A DNA stretch of 62,907 bases, the filler included, from Piptocephalis cylindrospora (taxonomy: Eukaryota), in NCBI GenBank assembly GCA_003614145.1. It is 3 parts of 3 records of this genome, joined end to end, with 100 filler letters (N's around TTAATTAATTAA, not from the genome) between each part and the next. Parts side by side here need not be neighbours in the genome. Positions count along the whole stretch, not along the records: positions 1 to 21,032 come from KZ987811.1; positions 21,133 to 41,985 come from KZ987812.1; 1 more part is not named here. One strand, 5' to 3'. This document shows positions 14,623 through 28,322 of the stretch, piece by piece. Under the pieces are notes generated by a model, which saw nothing but the letters and a program-made list of their open reading frames with translations, did no database searches and was not told the DNA's origin. Positions within the stretch are counted from its first letter, which is position 1, and each line of letters opens with the position of its first letter. Made by a program: the position numbers and the translations under genes.

Positions 14623-15630
14623 CTAGAAAAGGACGGGCCTGGGGGTACGAGGGATGGTAGGAGTGTGGAAGCTTGGGGTGGGGGCAGGATGATTCATCTC
14701 TTCCTCCTCCTCTTCCTCCTCCTCATCATCCGACACGACCATACGGAAGACGGGGGAAGGAGTGGACGAGGGGTTGATTGACTCGGCGGATCTATCACTC
14801 ATGCCAATGGCGGGAGCATCCTTGGGGGCGAGGGCCGCGGGTGGAGGGACACCCGACTGGTCCCAGTGTTGCACGACGATACCTGGGACAACCACCTCAA
14901 CGCCCTCCTCGACCACAACCTGCTTGGGGGTAAAGAGTTCGTGGATGGCGCGAGAGGTGGATGATGGGGGAAGAGGGTGTTGAGGAGAGGGGGAGCTCAT
15001 ATTCTGGGATCCATCGTCCATAAACCGAGCGTGCAGGGCAGCGACAATGTCGTCGGCGTGAGGTTGCATGTTGGGCGGGTCATCCGGACGGGATTGCCAG
15101 CCCACAGGCGGGGAGCCGGGGGGCGAGATGAGCCAAAGTTGCTCGGCCTCAGGAACAGTTAATAAATTAGGATATCTCTTTCCCTCGTCCTGTGGGTGGG
15201 AGGGAAGGTCGGAAGGTCGAGAAAAGGACGAGTCCTGTATCATGCATTCCTCCCCTAAATCATCATCGTAGTCCTCGTCCTCATCAGCCACCAAGGCGGT
15301 AGGGGCAGCGATGGGGGTATTGCCTCCAAAGTAAAGGGAGCATCCGAGGTCCTGGTCAATGGCATTAGCCTTAAGCTGGTGGTGGGCAAGGGCAGCCTCA
15401 AGGGCCGTGGGATAGACAATGACAATGCGACCAAAAGCAGGCATAGGACTAAAGGAATGAAGTTTCCCCAGCTCCTCCATGACCTCCCGAACACTATCGA
15501 GCAGGACCGGGGTAAAGAGGGCCGTGTCCATGTCGGTGAGGAGCAGGGTATTGGTGGCCTGAGGGGAGATGGGGGGCAGATCCTCAACACTCACGGGATC
15601 CAAAGGGGGAGAGGGAGTTGAGGTAGTCAT
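14623..15630 (-). CDS. RCN1: Calcipressin / regulator of calcineurin (RCAN family)
   Basis: RRM-like N-terminus (TNTLLLT...FGRIVIVY), WLISPPGSPP signature, PxIxIT-like PGIVVQ and terminal RTPRP. Confidence 0.85.
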   Translation of the reverse strand: MTTSTPSPPLDPVSVEDLPPISPQATNTLLLTDMDTALFTPVLLDSVREVMEELGKLHSFSPMPAFGRIVIVYPTALEAALAHHQLKANAIDQDLGCSLYFGGNTPIAAPTALVADEDEDYDDDLGEECMIQDSSFSRPSDLPSHPQDEGKRYPNLLTVPEAEQLWLISPPGSPPVGWQSRPDDPPNMQPHADDIVAALHARFMDDGSQNMSSPSPQHPLPPSSTSRAIHELFTPKQVVVEEGVEVVVPGIVVQHWDQSGVPPPAALAPKDAPAIGMSDRSAESINPSSTPSPVFRMVVSDDEEEEEEEEEMNHPAPTPSFHTPTIPRTPRPVLF

Positions 15631-16846
15631 GGTGGGGGTGAGTGAAGAGGGCAATCGTGGAGAGGAAGGGATCAAGGGCGTGGGGGTAGGGGGGAGGGAG
15701 AGAGAGAGAGGGGAGAGAAAGTGGGGGCGGTATTTAAATGACTGGGTGGGACTCCTTGGGGCTTGGCTTTTGTGTCTTCCTGATAGTTTGTTGCTTAGAG
15801 AGAGGAAGCGAGTGAGGGACAAGGAAAGACGGATCCGTCGGAGTGGCTGAGAACGACGGACCTGATGATTGGGGCGGGAGAGTGTCTGAGGCGTGGAGGA
15901 GGGGAAGGGGCCTTGTGTATGTATGTGTGTATGTGTGTATGTGTGTGTATGTGTGCGATTCAGTGCTAGTTTGAGATGGGAAGGAAGGGGGAAAAAGGGC
16001 TTCTCCAGTACCCTTCCATTCTCCTGCAGGACAAACTGAAAGTTATGCTCCTCTGATGGCCTGTGGTCCATGTGCATTCCACAATATGAGGAGAGTGTGA
16101 CAGAGTGAGTTAAGACTCTGACCCTCCCTTATCTATCTGCGATGTAGGGGTTTTTTTTCCCTGTCACAGTTTAACTGAGGGGAACCGAGATGGGGAATCC
16201 CCTCTTAAAATAGGCCAGGCACGCTGAGGTCAGGGCCGGTGCAATGCAGGGTCAGCCCACGTTACAGGGATAAGGGGACTTTCAATTTCTTGCTCTGACC
16301 TGGCCCTTGGCTGAGGGATAGGTCAGGATACTCGCGTGGTCTCCACATGTCAGAAACTCCACTCAGGTGCATGGATTTCACCCGAGAGACAAGATACTTC
16401 TCCAACAGCAGCAAGCATTGACGGTCCGAGGAATGCATACAACCGGTGGTCTAGGACCAATCCCTATACTGGTCAAGCATCTCCAGGTCAATGTCCGACC
16501 ATGACCTCAAGGTCAAATGTGTATGTATATCCGATTGGTTCTCCGACAGAGGAGAGAGCAGACGGCCAAGCCTTGGCAATTCTACAGGTCCGATGGGTGA
16601 AAGAAGCTGTGATGAATGATCAATGAGACCGTGGTTCAATCCCCCGCCCCCCTCTATCTCTGTGTGTTCACCCTTCTCTTGACGGAGAAGGACAAGAGAA
16701 TTATGTACTATTGGATCATGAGATCATCATTGAGCAATCCCCTACCCAATATTTTGACTTTGCTGTGTGATGTATGTATACAAGGACATCCCTGGTGGGC
16801 AAGGTCATTATGTGTTCCTCTCTCTTCCTCCTTTCCAGATACAAAG

Positions 16847-19800
16847 ATGTTCAATAAATTCATTTTCCAGTCTGTGACCCCATCTGAGAAATACACTGCC
16901 GTATCCGAAAAGCACGCTGGAGAAACCGATGCCCTTGTAGAGGAGGAGGTCGCAGAGGCAAAACGCTTTGCCCAGGCCATGGATGCTAGCTCCATCAAGA
17001 CCGCCAGTTCCGTGGATCCCAACGAGAAAAAAGTCTCCTTCTTCCAGCTCTACCGCTTCGCCACTCCATACGATCGCCTCCTTATCGCATTTGCCTCCTT
17101 TTGTGCCGCCGCTAATGGTACCAGTCAGCCCCTGATGACCCTCCTTTTCGCCGGAATCATCGATGTCTTCACCAAACTGGGCGCCAACGGCGCAGGGGAT
17201 GCCAGCTCCAAAGAGAAATTCCAAGACGACATCGTCTACTACGTCATCTGGTTTGTCATCCTGGCTGCCGCCACTTTTGTTGTCTCCTACTTTCAGATGT
17301 CCATATGGATGTACGTCGGGGAGAGGCAGTGCAAAAAGATGCGCGAGCTCTACTACGCCTCCGTCCTTCGTCAGGAGATCGGCTGGTTTGATCGCACCAG
17401 CTCTGGTAACCTCACTTCCCGTCTCAGCGGTGACATCAACCTCATCCAGGACGGTATCTCGGAGAAAGTGGGTCTCATTATCCAGTACGCTGCCATGTTC
17501 ATCGCTGGCTTTGCCATTGCCTTTAGCAAAGGTAAGCTTTTTCTTGTCCCTTCACGACCCCTCACCCCGCAGGATCTCCCTTACTTACCCTTCTCATCCC
17601 CTCCTTTCAAGGCTGGAAAATGTCTTTGGTCATGCTTTCCGTCATGCCCCTGCTCATCGCGGCCGGTGGCTTCATGGCTAAAATGATTGCTGGAGGCGCC
17701 ACTTCCGGTCAAGACGCCTACGGAAAGTCCGGAGCCATTGCCGAGGAGGTCCTCTCGGCCATCAAGACTGTCTCGGCCTTTGGAGGTCAGTCGCGCGAAA
17801 TGGCCCGGTACAAGGTGGAGGTCGACAAGGCCATGGTTACCGGCCTTCGCAAATCCTACATCAATGGTGCAGGTGTCGGTACCATCATGTTCATCATGTT
17901 CTGCACCTATGCTCTTGGCTTCTGGTACGGCTCCAAGCTCAGTCTTGATGGAGAAATGACCGCTGGCGGTGTTGTCAACGTCTTCCTCGCCCTCATCATT
18001 GGCGCCATGTCCCTGGGACAGGCCGCCCCTAACATCGCTGCCATCTCCTCGGCCATCGGTGCTGCCGGTAAAATCTTCTCCGTCATCGACCGTGTCCCCC
18101 TCATCGACTCTGCCCTTGTCACGGGAGAGAAGCCTGATCGGGTTGACGGTTCCCTCGAATTCCGCAACGTTCGTTTTCACTACCCCACCCGTCCCGATGT
18201 CCCCATCCTCGAGGACTACTCCCTTAGCATTAATCCTGGTGAGACCGTCGCTTTGGTCGGGAGCAGTGGCAGTGGAAAGTCCACCCTAGTTGCTCTGACC
18301 GAGCGGTTCTACGACCCCGTCGAAGGCGCCGTCTTTCTCGATGGTCGTGACCTCAAGGACCTGAACATCCAATGGCTTCGTCGTCACGTAGGTCTCGTGG
18401 GCCAAGAACCCGTCCTTTTTGGCGCCTCCATCTACCAAAACATCGCCTGGGGCTCCGCTTCCGAGAGCCAGGTTCCCACACGTGAAGAGGTGGAGGAGGC
18501 GGCCAAATCCGCCAACGCCCACGACTTCATCTCCGCCCTCCCCAATGGATACGACACCTTGGTCGGCGCCAAGGGCGCCCTGCTCTCTGGAGGTCAGAAG
18601 CAGCGTATTGCCATTGCTCGTGCCATCATCAAGAACCCCAAGGTTCTCCTGCTCGATGAGGCCACTTCCGCCCTGGATACTGAGAGTGAGCGCATTGTCC
18701 AATCTGCCCTGGATCGCGCCTCCCAAGGCCGTACCACCATCGTCGTCGCCCATCGCCTCTCCACCATCCGGGAAGCCGATAAGATTGTTGTCATGTCCAA
18801 GGGAAAGATCATTGAGGCTGGAAAGCACGACGAGCTCCTTGCCCAGGGTGGCCTCTACTCCACTCTCGTCCAGGCCCAGGCCCTGAAGAAGGAGGTCGAC
18901 TCGGGTAACGACATCATCCCCGAGGAGGAAAGTACCGGTGAGATGACCGAAATGCCCTCTCCCTCTGGGAAGGGTGGTCTCTCCCGCATCATTTCCAGGG
19001 AGGGAAGTAACCCGGGTGGGAACCTCGTACGTCGTTCCACCACCAGGGACAGCGCCAAGGCTAGTGCCCTGAATAAGTGGGGCTCCCGTACCTCAGAGGG
19101 TGCTGGGGTCAAACGTGCTCTTTCCCGGGCCGAGTTCACTGAGGCCGCCAAGACCTTGGCCCAAGAGAAGGATATCGAGTCTGCCAAGGGCAGATCCTTC
19201 CCTTATGCCCGACTCTTCCGGCTTAATCGTCCGGAAAAGTGGTACCTTGTCGGAGGTCTCGTAGGAGCCATTGTAGATGGCTGTATCTTTCCCACCTATG
19301 CTCTCATCTTCACCCAAGTCCTTACTGTCTTCCAGCACCTGGGTGATGAGGCCAAGTTCAAGAGAGAGTCTACCCTTTGGTCTTGCATGTTCCTCGTCCT
19401 CGCTGTCGTCTCCCTTTTCTCTCTCTTTGGAAAGATCGGTATGTTTGGCGTCAGTGGCGAGAAGCTCGCTGCTCGCATGCGTCTCCTCACTTTTGGCGCC
19501 CTTCTCCGTCAGGAGATGGGCTTCTTTGACCTGGAAGAGAATGGGTCCGGGGCCCTTGGGTCCAAGCTCGCCACCGAGTCCGACCAGGTCAAGAACATCA
19601 CCGGCATGCTCGTTGGTAACATCATCCAGATCATTACTACCCTCATCTATGCCCTCATTCTCGCCTTCATCCACGGGTGGAAGCTCTCCCTTGTCGTCTT
19701 TGCCTGTGTTCCCCTAGTTGGTCTGGCTGGATACCTTCAAATGGCAGCCCTAACCGGCTTTGGGGAAAAGACCAAGAAAGCCTACGAGGAGTCCGCTCAG

Positions 19801-20961
19801 ATCGCCTGTGAGACCGTGGAGAATATGCGTACCGTCTCCTCTCTCAGTCGGGAGGAATCCTTCAAGGTCATCTACAATCATGATATTCTCCTTCCCCATC
19901 GTATCGCCGTCCGGGGTGCTTTCCTCTCCTCCCTCGGCTTCTCCTGCTCCCAGGCCATAAACTTCCTTGTCTTTGCCCTGGCCTTCTGGTACGGCTCGAC
20001 CTTGATCCTCTCCGGGGAGATGACGGTCGAAGACATGTTCCAGGTCATGTTTGCCGTCATCTTCTCCGCCATGGCCATTGGCCAAGTCGCTTCCTTTACC
20101 CCGTCCCTGGCCAAGGGCAAGATTTCGGCCATTGCCTTCTTTGACCTTCTCGACCGTAAAACTCTCATCGATCCTAATGCCCAGGGTGGTCAGGTTGCCA
20201 AGGAATTTACCGGTCTGGTCCAGGGCAAGGATGTCTGTTTCACCTACCCCGCTCGTCCCGAAGTTCCTATCCTTCGGGGTCTGGATGTTACGGTCATGGC
20301 CGGTAAGACCGTTGCCATCGTCGGAGGCAGTGGTAGCGGAAAGTCTACCCTTGTCGCCCTTGTCCAGCGCTTCTACGATGCCGATAGCGGCCTTGTCTCC
20401 GTGGATGGACTTGGGGTTCAGGAATGGAATCTGGAGGCGCTTCGGGCCAACATTGCCGCTGTAGGCCAGGAACCCATCCTCTTTGATCTGTCTATCCGGG
20501 AAAACATTGCCTATGGCAAGGTGGGTGGCGTGGCTACGGAGGAGGAGGTGATCGAGGCTGCCAAGGGCGCCAACATCCATTCCTTTGTTTCCAACCTCCC
20601 CGACGGCTACGATACCCGTGTCGGTGAACGGGGTGGTCAGTTGTCCGGGGGTCAGAAGCAGCGAGTGGCCATTGCCCGTGCCCTCATCCGGAACCCCAAG
20701 CTTCTTCTCCTTGATGAGGCCACTTCAGCCCTGGATAGCGAGAGCGAGAAGATTGTCCAAGATGCTTTGGACCGGGCCTCCATGGACCGTACCACCATCA
20801 CCATCGCCCATCGTCTCTCCACCATCCAGAATGCGGATTTGATTGTTGTGGTCAAGGATGGTCAAGTTCAGGAACAAGGCAAGCACCAGGAACTACTAGC
20901 TCTTCGCGGTCTCTATTACAAACTAGTGCAGCAGCAATCTCTCGAGCGGAAGGCGGTCTAA
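16847..20961 (+). CDS. Full-length ABCB (MDR1/P-glycoprotein-like) ABC transporter, TMD-NBD-TMD-NBD, one coding intron (about 17532-17611)
   Basis: Two NBDs (GSSGSGKST and GGSGSGKST, LSGGQKQR, LLLDEATSALD), two membrane domains, LRQEIGWFD and LRQEMGFFD motifs. Confidence 0.95.
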
Positions 20962-21032
20962 TGGATGGCTGAAAGAGGGAAAAGCCACGTCTTGTGTGTG
21001 AGCGTCGGCGTGACTGGAAAATGAATTTATTG

Positions 21033-21132
21033 NNNNNNNNNNNNNNNNNNNNNNNNNNNNNNNNNNNNNNNNNNNNTTAATTAATTAANNNNNNNNNNNN
21101 NNNNNNNNNNNNNNNNNNNNNNNNNNNNNNNN
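21033..21132. other. Assembly gap: Ns with TTAATTAATTAA all-frame-stop spacer
   Basis: N-run flanks TTAATTAATTAA. An identical construct sits at 41986-42085. Confidence 0.95.
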
Positions 21133-22619
21133 TGGGATTCGCGGGCTACGCGCTTGACCAGGGGACTTTTTTGCTGGATGGTTGGTTGATTTTTAGGTGG
21201 ATGAGGGGGGGCTAGGTAGATAAAAAAAGACAGTGAGTGAGTGTGAATGAATGAACGAGTGAGTGTGAGCGGGGCTTTCTCAGTAACACACCCATCCATT
21301 CACTCCCTCTTGACACACTGTATGGGGGGGTTGCCCAAGTGATAAAACGTTGCCTTGCTCTACATCTTACACACACACACACACACTTACACACATATAC
21401 ACATACGCACATACACACATAAAGCAGAGATGTAGGCCAATCACCATGCCAGCTCAGGCACTTCAGGCAGGTGATAGGTGGGAGTGTGAGTGAGAGCAAG
21501 AGCGAGTGAGAGCGTGAGGGGTTTCCGGGTGTTAAAAAGGGATCCATTTGAAAACTCCGCTTCTACCTGGATTTGTCCAGCTACAAGAGAGACTGGGAGG
21601 CTGAGCGAGAGATTGGAGAAGGTGACCAAAGCAGGCAGGAGGGTGGTTTAGGATCAGGTTTGAACAAGCAAAGCCAAGGAGAAAGCGGAGCGAGGCGGGC
21701 TCCAGCGGGGATCCACTCCGCCCAAGCCTCATTCTCACTCTTCAATCGGAGATAGGGCTAGGAGGATGGAAGGAGAGTGCACTGACTGGAGAGCGATAGC
21801 ACTACTACCTCTCACAAGAAGACCTGGGAACTTGGCTGGGAGGGGAACGAAGGGTCATGGTCCATTCCCGCTCCTACCCGTGAGAGAGCGTCGACTGGGC
21901 CCCATTAGGATGGGAAGCAGAGGCTCCTTGAGGGACGAGGGGATCCTAGATCTTCCCACCCTAGCCCTGCTTGGCGAGGAGTACTTCGGAGTTGGTAGCG
22001 GGGAAAGGATGACGAGGATGGGGGAGGAGGAGGACGAAGGATAGATAGGGAGCAGGGAGTAGAGGAGGAGGATGATTAAAATAGGACGATTAGGCGCAAG
22101 CATCAATAGCATGAGATGTCCATGTAGACGTGACCTAGCCTGGGCATGTGCTCATCCTATTGAATCCATCTAGATCATGGATAGGGTGACACAGGGACTC
22201 TATACAATAGCTAAGATAGGAACCAGGATGGTACACACTCATCGCTCACACACGACTCAGTCGTTAGAATGTGAACTATTTTAGTTCACATCACACGAAA
22301 TTTAGCCGAGAGAAGACGAGAATTATCCCCGGTAAAGTATCGCACAGCACCCTGTTTTAATGTGTTGCTTAGACTTCTCTTTCCTTTGGCCACCCCACTC
22401 GGGGAAAATCGATCGGTTTCGTCACCACCCCAAGGCTCAATGGTGCAAAGCATATCCTTTTTCTCCAATTCGACTAGACAGCCAGTCAGTCTGCCAAGGA
22501 CGACGATTGTATCCATTGTCCAAAGCATGGGATTGCATCACTGGAGGACATTGTCCTCGCTTCCCAACCCTTCATTCATCCTACAGACACACCCATCCAT
22601 AGACGCCCCATCCCTTGAC

Positions 22620-22842
22620 CTAAGCAGCACGGGACGGAGGAGCCACCTATCCAGCGAGGACGAGGACACAGGTGAATCAATAAGAAGATTGAAATGTACC
22701 TCATCTCGCCCCATCCCTCCCCCCTCTCGCTTACCAAGATGACGCTATCTCCTCGTACAAACAGCATATCTGATGGTCGTTTCACCACCTTAATATCATA
22801 AGCCATACATCAAGGGAGAAATAGGACAATGAGTTCCTCCCT

Positions 22843-22874
<32 letters not shown>

Positions 22875-23105
22875 CAAAGAGACACGGGCACCCACCTGAA
22901 TGGATTCTTGGCCTGTCGTGGCATCTACCTCCACTTTGGTCACAGTCTCCTCCACCTTTTCCAATACCATGTTCAAATGCTGGTCATACGCCTGGAGCCT
23001 TCCACGCAGCTCTCGATCCCCACGAAGCTTGACAAAGATCACCTCGTCCAACGATAATCGAACAAGGTCCAAGGGATCCAGGCGTTTCTCTTCTGTGGAG
23101 GACAT
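22620..23105 (-). CDS. LSM3: U6 snRNA-associated Sm-like protein Lsm3, 3 exons
   Basis: [38 protein letters not shown], exon 2 [18 protein letters not shown], exon 3 VAPPSRAA*. Intron 1 contains a (TA)n microsatellite. Confidence 0.93.
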
Positions 23106-23727
23106 GGTTTTGTGAAGGGGGAGGGTGAGCAAGGTTGAAAGGGAGGAGAGTGAGCGCAGGAAGCGTAGTGTCTCTCCACCATAGGACTGGGCGCATCCTT
23201 TTACCTCCTCTCCTACTCTGCCTCGTCACTTTTCCAAGGAGCTTACCATCTAGGTGCAGGCACGACTCGGCTTATTCTCGAAAACACTGTTCAATATGAT
23301 GATTTTCGTCCCTGTTTTCGTTGTTCTGGTGCAGGAAGCCCTCCCCTACTGCGAAAATACCGGTCAAATATGATTATTTTTGACAACACATTACTCCTTT
23401 CGACACACAAAGCGGATGAGTTTGGTGAGATTTATGCTGCGTATCTGATGGGGAGAGGCGACTGGCACCGCTCGACGAAGCCCCCCACTACCCCAACGTC
23501 CAATCTTCTCCTCCCCCCGTCGCCCCATAGAATCCACGCCTCCTGAGTATGGGACCATCCTCCCATTCCTTCTCCCAGGGACACGCACAACAACAACAGT
23601 GTGATGGGAGATAAAAGGAAACTCGAGCCAGCTCTTTCTTCCCTCCTCTCATCCCCTCCCATCTCACACTTTCTCTCTCTCTCTCCCCCACACACTCCCT
23701 CTCGCACACATATCTCGTCGTTTCCCA

Positions 23728-24612
23728 ATGTCCAGTGATCATTTTGCCATAAAGGGACTAGCGGAAAGCATCATCCCATACGTGGCTGGAGCAGGTGGAG
23801 TGGCTTTGTTTGTCGTCCTTGTCTCCTCCCTCATTGAAAAGTTCCGGGGCCCTCGAGCGGTCCTGTCGCCCAAGGAGTTCCGCCCCTTCCGTCTACACGA
23901 AAAGCACTCCATTTCGCACAACACTGCCCTTTATCGCTTTCTCCTTCCGGACGTAGACGCCACCCTAGGCCTGCCCATCGGTCAACACATCGCTGTATCA
24001 GCCGTCATCGACGGAAAGACCATCACTCGGTCCTACACCCCCACGTCTTCAGAGGAAGACCGGGGCCACTTTGACCTCCTGATCAAATCCTACCCTGAAG
24101 GCAACGTCTCCCGTATGTTTGCCAATCTGGAAATTGGTCAGGAAATCCAGGTCCGTGGTCCAAAGGGCAACTTTCGCTACGCCCCCAACATGGCCAAACA
24201 TATAGTCATGGTGGCTGGCGGTACAGGCATCACTCCCATGCTCCAGGTCATCCACGCCATCCTCACCAATCCCTCAGACACCACTCGCATCACCCTCATC
24301 TTTGCCAACGTCAACGAGGAGGATATCCTCCTCCGATCTCGTCTCGAAGCACTCAGGGACACCGAGGGCCTTAATGGTCGACTCACCCTTCACTACGTTC
24401 TGAACAACCCCCCAGAGGGCTGGACTGGCCAGGAGGGCTTTGTCACCAAGGACATCCTCTCCCGCCTCTCCCCATCGCCCACCCCCGACATCCGTGTCCT
24501 CCTCTGTGGTCCCCCACCCATGGTCAAGGCCGTCTCCACCTCCTTCCAGGAACTAGGCTATGATCGAGCCAATGTCATTTCCAAGCCAGAGGATCAAGTG
24601 TTTAAGTTTTAA
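23728..24612 (+). CDS. CBR1: NADH-cytochrome b5 reductase
   Basis: N-terminal membrane anchor, SHNTALYRF, LGLPIGQH, RSYTP, AGGTGITPMLQ, CGPPPM. Intronless. Confidence 0.93.
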   Translation: MSSDHFAIKGLAESIIPYVAGAGGVALFVVLVSSLIEKFRGPRAVLSPKEFRPFRLHEKHSISHNTALYRFLLPDVDATLGLPIGQHIAVSAVIDGKTITRSYTPTSSEEDRGHFDLLIKSYPEGNVSRMFANLEIGQEIQVRGPKGNFRYAPNMAKHIVMVAGGTGITPMLQVIHAILTNPSDTTRITLIFANVNEEDILLRSRLEALRDTEGLNGRLTLHYVLNNPPEGWTGQEGFVTKDILSRLSPSPTPDIRVLLCGPPPMVKAVSTSFQELGYDRANVISKPEDQVFKF

Positions 24613-25087
24613 TCCGGATGATAAGAAAAAGTGAGAGGTGTCATAGGAGATGAGTATATACCATCAAGGTCATGATCATCATGTCCTAGTCTATTTTGAT
24701 GACGGGAAGTACGCCGTGCTACTTTGGATTACCTTAGTCTTTGTATGCTCCATGTCTTTTGCTTGAATGGCCTGTCAAATCAAATCCCTAGTCTCATCTA
24801 GGTCACAACATCCCCATACATACCACTTTATTCCACATACCATTTTATTCCGCCCAACCCACACAGAAACATTGCACAGGCACACAGAAAGACCTCTTGC
24901 TTTTTTTTGTTTTTTTTTTGGACACGCGCACAATATCTTCCTCTTGTGGAATCGCTCTCCCCTGTCAGACACATTACAATGCGTGCCTTTGGGCCTGTAA
25001 AGTATGAGGGGAGGGAGAAGTAAAAAGGGTCCTCATCTCTTTATTTCTTCCCTCCCTCCCCCCCATCACCTTACCCCTATCCTCAGC

Positions 25088-28053
25088 ATGCCTCCTCAAA
25101 AGACCAAGGCAAACACCAAGGTGAATGGCTCCAAGGCAAAGGTTACTCCCCCTGCATCCATGACCAAAAAGGTCGGACAAAAGAGGGCGCTTCGCTCCAC
25201 CAAGCCATTGGACACATCTGATGAGGAGGACTTTTCCACTGTTACTCTGGATATGAATTCCTCGGATGAAGAGGACTTAGAGGAAGAAGAGGAGAAGGAA
25301 GTTGAACCTGCACCTCAAGAAGGAGAAAACGCCACAGATTCCGACGACTATCTTGCCGGAGATAGTCTTGAGGATAGTGAAGGTGAGGAGGAAGAGGATA
25401 GCGAGGAGGAGGAGGAGGAGGAGGAGGAGGAGGAGGACGACGACGACGACGACGATGAAGATGAAGATGAAGATGAAGATGATGAAGGAAGCCTTCCAGA
25501 CTTGGTCGATGATATGGGTAGACCCTTACCCCTTCGTCCAGAAATCGAAGCGGATTATGATAGTGACTCCTCCACCGATATGGTAAGCCCATCCCCTTTC
25601 CCTCCTCTCCCATCCTCTACATGAACTAACGCTTCTCACCAACATAGATGGCGGAAAACACAGTGGGAAACATCCCCATGGAATGGTACGATGATCTCCC
25701 TCACATTGGATATGACCTCAATGGACAAAAGATCATCAAGGGTGAGAGGAGCGATGAACTCGACAAGTTCCTCAGTAATGCTGATGATCCCGATGCTTGG
25801 AGGTCCGTTCGAGATGAGCTCATGCAGCAAAACATTGTCCTTACCCAGGATGAGCTGGAGATCATCAAGCGTATCCAGTCTGGTCATTACACCCAAGTGG
25901 ATTATGATCCTTACGAGGTAAAATGGAGTGCTCAGTCCATGCAGACTTATCCCTTCCATGCTCATTCCTCTCTTCTCCCAACAGCCAATGGTTGAGTTCT
26001 TCTCCAGCAAGACCATGGAGCATCCCGTCACCAATGCACCTGAACCCAAAAGCCGCTTTGTCCCCTCCAAGTGGGAGGCCAAGCGGGTCATCCGCATGGT
26101 CAGAGCCATCCGGGAAGGTCGAGTCCATTCCCGTCGTCGCCAGGATCCCTCCAAGAAGGACGGTGACTTTTACCATTTGTGGGATGATACTAAGGATAAG
26201 GCCGCTTCCACAGATCATGTTACTGCGCTGATTCCCGCTCCCAAGATGGCCCTTCCGGACCATTCCGAATCCTACAACCCTCCCAAAGAGTACCTCTTGG
26301 ATGAGGATGAGGAAGCCGCTTGGAAGGACGCGGCTCCCGAGGACCGTGAGCGTAACTACATGCCTTCCAAGTACGCTGGTTTTGATCTTGTTATACCTCC
26401 TTCACATATGCTTACCCACTCACACATTTCCCTCGATTAGGTTTGATACCCTTCGTCATGTCCCTGCTTACCGTCAGTTTATCCAGGAGAGGTACGAGAG
26501 ATGCATGAACCTCTACCTCTCCCCGCGGATCCGGAAGCATAGATTGAACATTGATCCTGAATCCCTAATCCCCAAGCTTCCTGATCCCAAGGACTTGGAG
26601 CCCTTCCCATCCCGCCTTGCCCTGACCTTCCGGGGTCACACTGGGCGAATCCGGTCCTTCTCCGTCGATCCTACGGGTATGTGGCTCATCTCGGGCGGAG
26701 ACGATGGGCTCATCAAGCTGTGGATGCTCTCCACTGGTCGCTGTCTCCGTACCTGGTCCTTCCCCAAGGTCAGAAGAGATGGCCAGGAGGCATCTGTGGT
26801 GGTGAGCAAGGTGGCTTGGAACCCCAACCGGGATGTTTGTCTCTTTGCCGCCTCAGTGTACGTTCAATTGCTTAGACAGGAGGGTCATATTGGATAAGGC
26901 ACTCACTCCCTACTTCTTCCCCCGTATACAGTGAGGACCGTGTTCTCCTCATCTCCCCTCCCAAGGTGGCTGATCTCAGTGTTCAGCTCTCCACGGAATC
27001 CCTAGTTAATGCTGGTTTCTCTCTCCTCAAGACCTCTGGGGATGATAAGGGTTAGTGTAGATGAACTAAAGAGATATGGCGGTGGAAGGCGCTCACTTAC
27101 CATTCTCATCGTGATCGTAGTATCCATTGTGGATTGGGAAAAACCTAGTGCCCAGCAGGCCACTGAAGGTTACTTGGCCATCCTACGTCACCCGCGGTCC
27201 ACTTCGGGCATCACCTGGCATCGCCGGGGTGACTACTTTGCCTGTCTGTGCTCTCTTGGTAAGAGATAGCATGGACTTTGCTGATATAGCCTTCTCTCAC
27301 CTCATTCTCTCCTCCCACAGGTGACTCAATGACCGTCCTCATTCATCAGCTTAGCAAACACCAAACCCAAAGACCCTTCCAAAAGACCAAAGGTGCTGTT
27401 CAACAGGTCACCTTCCATCCCACCAAGCCTCACTTTTTCGTCGTGGTAAGTCTCCTTCTCTTCTGTGGATGGAGCTTACTCCCATGATATAGCCCTCGTC
27501 TCACCGCCCCACCACTCCGCCCTCAATCATTAGACCCAAAGATACGTTCGTGTCTATAATCTTCAGCAGCAACAGCTCATCAAGACTCTTCAGCCCGGAG
27601 TCAAATGGATCTCCAGTGTCGATGTCCATCCCCAGGGGGATAACGTCTTGATCGGGGCGTACGACCGAAGGACCTGTTGGTTCGATATGGACCTCTCCTC
27701 CAAACCCTACAAAACCCTTAGATACCATAAAAAGGCTGTTCGATCCGTCGCTTACCACCGAAACCAGCCCCTCTTCGCCTCGGCCAGTGATGATGGCACC
27801 CTTCAGGTCTTCCATGGTATGGTCTACAATGACCTCATGCAGAACCCTCTGATTGTCCCTGTCAAAATTCTTCGTGGTCATCAAGTTAAAGAGGGCTTAG
27901 GTAAGCAAAGGATGACGGATATGAAGTCTCGATTATATCCCATCTCATCTCATCTCATCCCTTTCCCTAGGCGTTCTTTATTGCGAGTTCCACCCCACAC
28001 AACCCTGGCTGCTTTCCTCTGGGGCCGATCAGACCATCCGACTATGGTGCTGA
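25088..28053 (+). CDS. ERB1: Ribosome biogenesis protein Erb1/Bop1, multi-exon
   Basis: Acidic N-terminus, [63 protein letters not shown]40 repeats ending [21 protein letters not shown]. Confidence 0.95.
25402..25486 (+). repeat. Coding microsatellite (GAG)n(GAC)n(GATGAA)n in the ERB1 acidic tract
   Basis: Directly visible tandem triplets and hexamers encoding poly-E/D. Confidence 0.9.
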
Positions 28054-28322
28054 TCAAAACAGGAAGGCTGTGCGTTGAGAAAGAGAGAGAGAGAGGGCGC
28101 AGCGTGGGGAAATGCTGATGATTCTAACAAGAAAGTATTCTTGATTTGTTTTGATGTTCCACTCCCCTTTATGTCCTTTCCCGTACACAGCAGTAATTCA
28201 ACCCTCATATCACCCTTTAACAATAAAATCAAAGAAGATGAGTGCGAGCAAGTGGGTGTATTGGATGAAATACGAGAGGGCGGGAGTAGGCGAGAGGTTT
28301 AGAGCAAGAGAGAGAAAACACT

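Noticed and set aside
4647..20855. Long antisense or alternative-frame ORFs over tricalbin and the ABC transporter
   Set aside because: Shadow ORFs expected from C-ending codon bias in real genes; no recognisable motifs.
21077..21088. TTAATTAATTAA palindrome inside the N-runs (also near 42030)
   Set aside because: An artificial scaffolding spacer that puts stops in all six frames; not biological.
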